Assembly: GCA_020853395.1 (NCBI GenBank)
Contig: JADYYY010000002.1
Location: 20,609-84,608 of the forward strand
From: Acidobacteriota bacterium
GTDB lineage: Bacteria; Acidobacteriota; Vicinamibacteria; Vicinamibacterales; SCN-69-37
Reading direction: 5' to 3'
Length of the DNA stretch: 64,000 nt
In this document: positions 57,741-64,000 of the stretch, in pieces
Position numbering within the stretch: position 1 is the first letter of the stretch
Layout of the letters: each line of letters begins with the position of its first letter
Position numbers and translations under genes: made by a program
The notes under the pieces: generated by a model
Databases searched by the model: none
Told to the model about the DNA's origin: nothing
Seen by the model: the letters and a program-made list of their open reading frames with translations, nothing else

Positions 57741-58511
57741 TCAGAATCGAATCACGAACCCCACGTTCAGGTTGGCGCCGCCCAGATCGATCTTGTCGGC
57801 GACGAAGCCGCTCTCGGCGCCGCCCGTCTTCCCCTCCGCGAACTGATGACGGCCTTCGATCGAGAGCGCGTAGATGTCGCCGCCGACGGGAATGCGCAGG
57901 CCGTAGACGAACACGGTGCCGGGCGTCCATCCCGAGACCGCGTACGGTTCGCCGTCGTTGTCGTGGATTACGAGCGTCTCGGGATCAACGAAGTCGCCGA
58001 ACTCGCTGTAGCGAAACCTGATCGCGCTCACGCCGACGCCCACGTACGGCTGCACGGTCGACGCGTTCCCGAACGGCAGGAAGCGCACCATCGCTGTGAG
58101 CGGCACCATACGCAGCTTTATGGTCTGCTCGATGTCCCCGAGCGTCCGATCGTCGATCAAATCGCGGTAGACCGATGGCACATTGCGCGAGTAGATCCCG
58201 AGCCCGGCGCTGACCTCGACGTTCGGGCCGAAAGCGACGACCCACTCGCCGAACGCCTGAGCGCCGCGGAAGTCCTGCACGCGAATCGCCAGGGCGTCGG
58301 TGACGGTCGGGTCGCCGGTCAGGTCGGCCGGCAGGAACTCGCCCCGGATGTTGCGCCGGATGACGTCCGTATTCGACCGCGCATCCAGACCCTTTGGGAA
58401 GAACCCGCCAAGCCCGAAATGGATCGATTGCACGACCTGCGCGTGCGCCGCCGAGGCCGGCATCGCGAAGGCGATCAGTAGACCAGCCATGCGGCTCCAT
58501 CTGCGAATCAT
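57741..58511 (-). CDS. Outer-membrane beta-barrel protein, function unknown
   Basis: 256 aa from ATG 58511 (GGAG 8 nt upstream; alternative ATG 58517). Signal LLIAFAMPASAAHA|Q and C-terminus LNVGFVIRF. Confidence 0.78.
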   Translation of the reverse strand: MIRRWSRMAGLLIAFAMPASAAHAQVVQSIHFGLGGFFPKGLDARSNTDVIRRNIRGEFLPADLTGDPTVTDALAIRVQDFRGAQAFGEWVVAFGPNVEVSAGLGIYSRNVPSVYRDLIDDRTLGDIEQTIKLRMVPLTAMVRFLPFGNASTVQPYVGVGVSAIRFRYSEFGDFVDPETLVIHDNDGEPYAVSGWTPGTVFVYGLRIPVGGDIYALSIEGRHQFAEGKTGGAESGFVADKIDLGGANLNVGFVIRF

Positions 58512-58559
58512 GTGCATGCTCCTCGAGAGTGGCCGCGGAGTGCGCCCGACGCGGGTGTG

Positions 58560-58575
58560 AGCAGAAACAGTGCCA
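58560..58575 (-). promoter_or_regulatory. Sigma-54 (-24/-12) type promoter upstream of the beta-barrel gene
   Basis: The minus strand reads TGGCACTGTTTCTGCT (TGGCAC-N5-CTGCT, exact spacing). It lies about 50 nt upstream of ATG 58511. Confidence 0.6.
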
Positions 58576-58665
58576 AATGGCCGATCGCCGACAGTACGCT
58601 CGGCTTCCGGCGCGCTGTCCTCGACGCAGGCCACCGGCGGGCGACGGCAATGGTCGGGCGCGAGG

Positions 58666-59472
58666 TCAGGGCCGCGCGCCGTGGCGGGTGCGAAGAAACA
58701 CGTCGAGCATGCCCTGGTGCAGCGGGCCGTTCGACGCCATGATGTGGCCGGCGAACGGCTGGAACGCCGTGCCGTCGCCCCCCGTCACGGTCCCGCCAGC
58801 TTCCTGGACGATCAGCGAGCCGGCGGCGATGTCCCAGGCGTGCAGCTTCTCTTCCCAGTAGCCGTCGAGACGGCCGGCGGCGACGTACGCGAGATCCAGG
58901 GCTGCGGATCCCAGTCGCCGCACGGCCTGCGCCTCGCCGAGGAAGGCCGCGAAGGCCCTGACCTGCTCCTCGGGACTGTTGCGCACCGTGTAGGGGAATC
59001 CGGTGCACAGCAGCGCGTCGACGAGGTCAGTGACGCCGGTCACGCGGATCGGGCGCCCGTTGAGCCGCGCGCCTCCACCACGTTCGGCGGTGAACAGCTC
59101 GTCGGCGATGGGGTCGTAGACGACGCCGATCTCGATCGCGCCGTCGATCTGCAGGGCGATCGACACGCAGAAGATCGCCAGGCCGTGCGCGAAGTTCGTC
59201 GTGCCGTCCAGCGGATCGATGATCCACTCGCACCGAGCCCGGCCAGGCGCCAACGCGGCGCCCATCTCCTCGCCGATGACCACGTGCTCGGGGAAGCGGC
59301 CGGCGATGAGCGATGTGAAGTGCGCCTCCGCGGCGAGATCGGCCGCCGTCACGAGGTCCACCACACCCTTCTTGCGGACCGGAGGGGCCTGGCGGAAATG
59401 CTGGCGGTGAATCCGCCCGCAGGCGAGTGCACCTTCGACGGCCGTGGCGAGGAGCAGCGGGTCGAGCGCCAC
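58666..59472 (-). CDS. Inositol monophosphatase family protein (SuhB-like)
   Basis: 268 aa from GTG 59472. Motifs WIIDPLDGTTNF and WDIAAG. Confidence 0.88.
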   Translation of the reverse strand: MALDPLLLATAVEGALACGRIHRQHFRQAPPVRKKGVVDLVTAADLAAEAHFTSLIAGRFPEHVVIGEEMGAALAPGRARCEWIIDPLDGTTNFAHGLAIFCVSIALQIDGAIEIGVVYDPIADELFTAERGGGARLNGRPIRVTGVTDLVDALLCTGFPYTVRNSPEEQVRAFAAFLGEAQAVRRLGSAALDLAYVAAGRLDGYWEEKLHAWDIAAGSLIVQEAGGTVTGGDGTAFQPFAGHIMASNGPLHQGMLDVFLRTRHGARP

Positions 59473-59907
59473 TCAGGCCAGCTTCTTGGTCATGCGGACG
59501 TCCATGCCGCCCTCCGGCCGGCGGGCAATCGTGACGTCGTCCATGAAATTGCGCATGAAGAAGATGCCGCGGCCGCTGGACTTGAGCAGGTTCTCCGGGT
59601 CGAGCGGGTTCGCGACCGCGTCGGGTTCGAAGCCCGCGCCTTCGTCCAGGACCCGGATGACGAACTCCTGCGGGTTCACGCGCGGCCGCAGCGTGAACTC
59701 CACCGTGACGTGTTTGCTGAGATCCTCGCGGTTGCCGTGCTTGATGGCGTTGATGACCGACTCGCGCACGGCGACGCTGACCCAGTGCGTGATGTCCTCG
59801 TCGAGCCCGGCCATCGCCGACAGCCGGTCGCTGAGCAACTGAACGAGATCCAGAAGCTCGAATGAACTCGGCAATTCGAGCTGGATCACGTGGCCGTCGG
59901 TCGTCAT
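59473..59907 (-). CDS. Anti-sigma regulatory factor / Ser-Thr kinase (RsbW/SpoIIAB-like, HATPase_c_2)
   Basis: 144 aa. N-box ESVINAIKHGN and G-boxes DEGAGF and GRGIFFM. Confidence 0.82.
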   Translation of the reverse strand: MTTDGHVIQLELPSSFELLDLVQLLSDRLSAMAGLDEDITHWVSVAVRESVINAIKHGNREDLSKHVTVEFTLRPRVNPQEFVIRVLDEGAGFEPDAVANPLDPENLLKSSGRGIFFMRNFMDDVTIARRPEGGMDVRMTKKLA

Positions 59908-59978
59908 GCGCGCGGAGTAAGTAACATATTACGCGACAGGGGTTCAAGGAAGGGGCCGGTCCCCCGCCGGACACGACT

Positions 59979-61334
59979 GTGGCACATCATCGACTCGATC
60001 TGCGGCCGGTCCGCGCCATTCACGGCGACGTGCCGGTCCCGGGCGACAAGTCCATCTCTCATCGATACGTAATGCTGGGCAGCCTCGCGCAAGGCGTGAC
60101 GACGATCGAGCACCTCGCGCCGGGCGCCGACGTGGCCAGCACGGTGCGCTGTTTTCGGGGGCTCGGCGTGCAGATCGAGGACCTCGGCCCGAACGCCGTC
60201 CGCATCCACGGACGGGGTCGCGCGGGGCTGCACCGGCCGTCCGCGCCGCTCGACGCCGGCAATTCCGGCACGACCATGCGCCTGATCGCCGGAGTCCTGG
60301 CGGGTTGCCCCTTCGAGACCACGGTCGTCGGCGACAGCTCGCTGTCGCGCCGGCCGATGCGCCGGGTGATCGAGCCGCTCACGGCCATGGGGGCGGCCAT
60401 CGAGTCGCAGGACGGCCGGGCCCCGCTCCTCATCCGCGGCGGCACATTGCACCCGATGACCTGGGAGTGCCGCGTCGCCAGCGCGCAGGTGAAGAGCGCC
60501 ATCATGCTCGCGGGGCTCGTGCCCGCCGGGACGACGACGGTCGTCGAGCCACAGCCGACCCGCGACCACAGCGAACGTGCGTTCCCCACGTTCGGGCTCG
60601 CGGTGCGCGTCACGCCGCCGCGCCCGGCCGGGCTGGCGCCGCTGTCGGCCGAGGCCATCCACGCCGCGCTCACGGGGCCGATCGCCGTCGCGGTGGACGG
60701 CGGCCAGGAGGCGATCGCCCCCGCGCGGGCGCTCCACGTGCCAGGCGATCCCTCGACGGCCGCCGTGTGGGCCGCGGCGGCAGCCGCCTTGCCAGGCTCC
60801 TCCGTCGAACTCCGCGGTGTCTGCCTCAATCCGCATCGGCTCGGCTTCATCCGCGCCCTCGAACGCATGGGCGCAGTGATCACGATCACGGTGGACGACG
60901 AGATCGGCGGCGAGTCGGTCGGCCGCGTCAGGGTCGAGCACGGAGGCCATCGCGCGACGTCCATCGAGCCGGCCGAAGTGCCGAGCCTGATCGACGAGCT
61001 GCCCGTGCTGGCCGCGCGAGCCGCGCTCGGCGGGTACCTCGAGGTCGCCGGCGCCGGCGAACTGCGCGTCAAGGAGAGCGACCGCATCACCGCGCTCGTC
61101 ACCGGGTTCCGGGCGATGGGGGTGAACGCGCACGAACGGCCCGACGGGTTCGTGATCGACGGGGCGACGCCCCCGACGGGTGGAACCGCCGATGCCGCCG
61201 GTGACCATCGTCTCGTCATGGCGTTCACGTTGGTCGCCCTGGGTTCGACGGGCCCGTCGGCGGTGACGGATGCTGGCGCGGTCGCCGTGTCGTACCCGCA
61301 ATTCACGCAGGACCTGGAGAGGCTCACCGCGTGA
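59979..61334 (+). CDS. aroA: 3-phosphoshikimate 1-carboxyvinyltransferase (EPSP synthase)
   Basis: 451 aa from GTG 59979. Motifs VPGDKSISHR and LDAGNSGTTMRL. Confidence 0.92.
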   Translation: MAHHRLDLRPVRAIHGDVPVPGDKSISHRYVMLGSLAQGVTTIEHLAPGADVASTVRCFRGLGVQIEDLGPNAVRIHGRGRAGLHRPSAPLDAGNSGTTMRLIAGVLAGCPFETTVVGDSSLSRRPMRRVIEPLTAMGAAIESQDGRAPLLIRGGTLHPMTWECRVASAQVKSAIMLAGLVPAGTTTVVEPQPTRDHSERAFPTFGLAVRVTPPRPAGLAPLSAEAIHAALTGPIAVAVDGGQEAIAPARALHVPGDPSTAAVWAAAAAALPGSSVELRGVCLNPHRLGFIRALERMGAVITITVDDEIGGESVGRVRVEHGGHRATSIEPAEVPSLIDELPVLAARAALGGYLEVAGAGELRVKESDRITALVTGFRAMGVNAHERPDGFVIDGATPPTGGTADAAGDHRLVMAFTLVALGSTGPSAVTDAGAVAVSYPQFTQDLERLTA

Positions 61335-61867
61335 ACACCGACAAGATCTACCTCGTCGGGTTCATGGCGAGCGGCAAGAGCACGGTGGCGCGCGCGCTGG
61401 CCTCCCGTCTCCACTGGCGCGCCGAGGACGTGGACGATCTGATCGAGAAGCGCGAGCGCATGACCGTCGCGGAGATCTTCGCCAGGCACGGCGAGCCCTA
61501 CTTCCGTGCCGCGGAGAAGGACATCCTCGCGCTCCTCCGTCCCATGCGCCACGTCGTCGTCGCGACCGGCGGCGGAACGTTCGTCGATCCAGACAACCGC
61601 GCCGCCATCAATCTGGACGGCGTGTCGGTGTGGCTCGACGTGCCGCTGGCGGATCTGATTCCGCGCATGCCGCTCGACGGCCGCCGTCCGCTCGCCGCCG
61701 ATCGGACCCAGCTCGAGCGCCTGTACGCCGCGCGGCTCGACTGCTATCGGCTGGCGACGGTCCGCGTGAACGCCGCGCGTGTGCCGACGGCGGCGATCGT
61801 CGATGCCATTCTCGAGGCCATTCAGCACCTGCCGCCGATTCTGCGGCAGCCCGGGCTCGGCGCCTGA
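61331..61867 (+). CDS. aroK: Shikimate kinase
   Basis: 178 aa from GTG 61331 (GTGA overlap with aroA). Walker A GFMASGKST and VVATGGG. Confidence 0.9.
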   Translation: MNTDKIYLVGFMASGKSTVARALASRLHWRAEDVDDLIEKRERMTVAEIFARHGEPYFRAAEKDILALLRPMRHVVVATGGGTFVDPDNRAAINLDGVSVWLDVPLADLIPRMPLDGRRPLAADRTQLERLYAARLDCYRLATVRVNAARVPTAAIVDAILEAIQHLPPILRQPGLGA

Positions 61868-61869
61868 CC

Positions 61870-62607
61870 GTGCGCTATCTGCTGATCAGCGACATCCACG
61901 CCAACCTCCAGGCGCTCGAGGCGGTGCTCGAGGACGCCGCGCGCATCGGCTACGACGCGGCGCTCTGTCTGGGCGATCTCGTCGGCTACGGCGCGGATCC
62001 CGCCGGCGTGATTCAGCGCATCGACGCGCTTCGGCCCGCCGCCATCGTGCGGGGCAACCACGACAAGGTGTGCGCCGGGCTCGAGCCGCCGACGCTCTTC
62101 AACGACGCGGCGCGTCAGTCCGCCGAATGGACCTTCGCCACGCTGTCGGCCGGCGAGCGCGAGCGGCTCGCGCGCCTGCCGAAAGGGCCGGCGAGCGTGG
62201 AGGGCTCGGTCGAGATCTGTCATGGCGCGCCCTTCGACGAGGACTACTACGTCTTCACCGAGAACGACGCGAGCCGTGCGATTGACGCGGCGACGGTCCC
62301 GCTCTGCTTGTTCGGCCACACGCACGTGCCGGCGATCTTCTCGTCCGCGGACGATCCCGTCGTGCACGACAACGGAACGCCTGCCGGCGAGCTGCGGCTG
62401 CCCCGTGCCGGGCCCGCGCTCATCAATGTCGGATCGGTCGGCCAGCCTCGCGACGGCGACCCACGCGCCGCCTACGGCATCGTCGACGTCGCCAAGCGGG
62501 TCCTCCAACTGCGCCGCGTGGACTACGACGTCAAGGAAGCGCAGCGCCGTATTCGCGCCGCAGGGCTGCCGGAATGGCTCGCCGTGAGGCTGGGCCGAGG
62601 GCAATAG
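61870..62607 (+). CDS. Calcineurin-like metallophosphoesterase
   Basis: 245 aa from GTG 61870. Motifs ISDIHAN, LGDLVGYG, GNHD and GHTH. Confidence 0.85.
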   Translation: MRYLLISDIHANLQALEAVLEDAARIGYDAALCLGDLVGYGADPAGVIQRIDALRPAAIVRGNHDKVCAGLEPPTLFNDAARQSAEWTFATLSAGERERLARLPKGPASVEGSVEICHGAPFDEDYYVFTENDASRAIDAATVPLCLFGHTHVPAIFSSADDPVVHDNGTPAGELRLPRAGPALINVGSVGQPRDGDPRAAYGIVDVAKRVLQLRRVDYDVKEAQRRIRAAGLPEWLAVRLGRGQ

Positions 62608-62616
62608 GGGCCGGGG

Positions 62617-62639
62617 CCGGATCGCTGCCGGCGATCCGG
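62617..62639. terminator. Bidirectional terminator-like hairpin between convergent genes
   Basis: Perfect 9-bp stem CCGGATCGC / GCGATCCGG with the loop TGCCG. Confidence 0.6.
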
Positions 62640-62643
62640 AGTC

Positions 62644-62796
62644 TCACTGTCGCGACCGTTGTTCCCGCTTCCGAAGCTCCGCCGCATACGCATCGCGCGC
62701 CGCGCGCGACCCGAGGATCCAGCCAATCACCACCCCGATCAGGAGCACCGACGGGATGAACAGAAAGTGGCTGGCCGGCATCTCCGCGAAGTTCAT
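62644..62796 (-). CDS. Small single-TM protein coupled to the ccm genes
   Basis: 50 aa from ATG 62796 (MNFAEMPASHFLFIPSVLLIGVVIGWILGSRAARD...). ATGA overlap with the upstream CcmD-like gene. Confidence 0.5.
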   Translation of the reverse strand: MNFAEMPASHFLFIPSVLLIGVVIGWILGSRAARDAYAAELRKREQRSRQ

Positions 62797-63074
62797 CGGC
62801 GGGCCTGGAGGCGGGAGTTGACGTCGACCAGATCGCGCTCGACACGCGCGACGCGCCGCCACAGCGAGTAGACGTAGACGACGAGCGCGAGCCAGACGAA
62901 CGCGTAGGCGGCGAAGACGAGCGGCGCGGCGGGCAACTGCTCCTTCGCCATGTCCTCGGGCCGCACGGGCACGAAGCCCTCCACCGACGGCGGCTGCCCC
63001 TGCGCGGCGAAGACGAGCGCGGGCCAGATCGTCGTGGCAATCGCCAGCGCGGCCGTCCAGAGACGTCGAATCAC
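62793..63074 (-). CDS. CcmD-like heme exporter protein with N-terminal hydrophobic extension
   Basis: 93 aa from GTG 63074 (GTGA overlap with the ccmC stop). The C-terminal TM segment AYAFVWLALVVYVYSLWRR resembles the CcmD TM (E. coli YAFFVWLAVVMTV). Confidence 0.55.
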   Translation of the reverse strand: MIRRLWTAALAIATTIWPALVFAAQGQPPSVEGFVPVRPEDMAKEQLPAAPLVFAAYAFVWLALVVYVYSLWRRVARVERDLVDVNSRLQARR

Positions 63075-63742
63075 GATTGGTCCTCCAGGGCCAGGTAGGC
63101 CCGCTCGAGCGCAGCCGACGTTCGCTCGAGCCTGATCCGCATCAGGAGGAGCGCGGTGAAGAGCAGGGTGATCGCGGTCCAGCAGAACCACAGCGGGATG
63201 CCCATGTCCACGGGCAACGTCGGCACCACGCTCGTCTTCGGGTGAATCGTGCGCCAGAGGTTCACGGACCAGTAGATGAACGGCACGAGCGCCATGCCGA
63301 AGAAGCCGACCGCAGCGGCGAGCGTCTCGCTGCCCGCGCCGCCGAACCGCCGCAGCAGCAGGTACGAATTGAAGACCATCCACATCACGAACGTCGCCGT
63401 GATGCGCGCGTCCCACTCCCACCACACGCCCCACGACTTGCGCGCCCAGAGCGGGCCGGTCACGAGCGTGATGAGGCCGAAGACGACGGTCAGCTCGGCC
63501 GCGGCGACGGCGAGCCGATCCGCACCGGCGCGGCGCGTGAAGAGGTAGACCGCGCTCGCGCTTCCGCAGACGAGCGCCGCGATCATCATCGTCATCGCCG
63601 ACGGGAAGTGGAAGTAGAAGATCTTCTGGACGAGCCCCATCGTCGCTTCGGCCGGCGCGCGGTCGATGACGTAGGGCGCGGCGGTGAACATGACCGCCGA
63701 GAGGCCGAGCAGTACTGGGACGAGACGATCGGAGAGGCGCAT
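63071..63742 (-). CDS. ccmC: Heme exporter protein C (cytochrome c maturation system I)
   Basis: 223 aa from ATG 63742. Trp-rich motif WARKSWGVWWEWDARIT. Confidence 0.9.
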   Translation of the reverse strand: MRLSDRLVPVLLGLSAVMFTAAPYVIDRAPAEATMGLVQKIFYFHFPSAMTMMIAALVCGSASAVYLFTRRAGADRLAVAAAELTVVFGLITLVTGPLWARKSWGVWWEWDARITATFVMWMVFNSYLLLRRFGGAGSETLAAAVGFFGMALVPFIYWSVNLWRTIHPKTSVVPTLPVDMGIPLWFCWTAITLLFTALLLMRIRLERTSAALERAYLALEDQS

Positions 63743-63744
63743 GC

Positions 63745-64000
63745 CTATTCGCTCATGACCGGCGCGAACGTCCACAGCGCCAGAGTGACGAAAACCGCAT
63801 CAAAGAATACCAGCATCGACAGCCACGTTTCCGCCAGCGCCAGGTCCGGCTCCGGCGCGAAGATCGCGGCGGTGCCCTGGATGCCGCCGACGAGCGCCGG
63901 GAGCGTGACGGGATAGAGGACGACGGGCAGCAGCACGTCGCGCGACTCGGCGCGCACCAGCATGGCGGCGAACAGCGTTCCGACGGCGGCGAATCCGAGG
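63745..64000 (-). CDS. ccmB: Heme exporter protein B, C-terminal part (gene runs off the right edge)
   Basis: The frame stays open to the window edge (...LGFAAVGTLFAAMLVRAESRDVLLPVVLYPVTLP...FAPVMSE). The TAG stop lies 2 nt before the ccmC start. Confidence 0.75.
   Translation of the reverse strand, partial: LGFAAVGTLFAAMLVRAESRDVLLPVVLYPVTLPALVGGIQGTAAIFAPEPDLALAETWLSMLVFFDAVFVTLALWTFAPVMSE

Noticed and set aside
18213-58511. A horizontally acquired genomic island or mobile element.
   Set aside because: There is no integrase, transposase, flanking tRNA or terminal direct repeats. By eye there is no shift in GC content or codon style relative to the housekeeping flanks.

Overview
This is a very GC-rich chromosomal segment (about 70% by eye; third codon positions are almost all G/C). 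It comes from a diderm bacterium, as shown by lipobox lipoproteins, beta-barrels ending in Phe, Ccm system I and sigma-54-type promoters. The style resembles Acidobacteriota or Gemmatimonadota, but that cannot be proven from sequence alone. I saw no rRNA, tRNA, CRISPR array, transposase or integrase. The flanks are housekeeping. The left flank (1-18.1 kb) carries a REC regulator fragment, htrA, ligA, a polyprenyl synthase, tatD-like, metG, larC, radC, dapF, glpD-like, dtd and ttcA. The right flank (58.7-64 kb) carries an IMPase, an RsbW-like kinase, aroA, aroK, a phosphoesterase and ccmB/C/D. The centre (18.2-58.5 kb) is a cell-envelope glycan and surface-protein island. It holds three GT4s, two polyprenyl-phosphate-type GT2s and six or seven GT-C-like polytopic membrane proteins. 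It also holds two UPF0104 and one DedA candidate lipid-carrier flippases, two SDR epimerases, two SGNH hydrolases and two paralogous radical-SAM enzymes with Cys-rich C-termini. Interleaved with these is a family of uncharacterised lectin-like lipoproteins and small beta-barrels. The best candidate for an undescribed system is a lipoprotein / beta-barrel / lipoprotein trio. It is present twice (41947-44897 as a tight operon, 30211-33548 rearranged). The trio is built from a recurrent FN3-like module plus a jelly-roll domain and sits beside the radical-SAM + GT2/UPF0104 + GT-C cassettes. Several of the lipoproteins share a post-lipobox SSNP(L/I)xP tether. Sigma-54-type promoters precede three neighbouring secreted or outer-membrane protein genes. 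All functions are inferred from motifs I could read in the translations. Start codons are best guesses, and many use GTG/TTG with 4-nt ATGA/GTGA overlaps.
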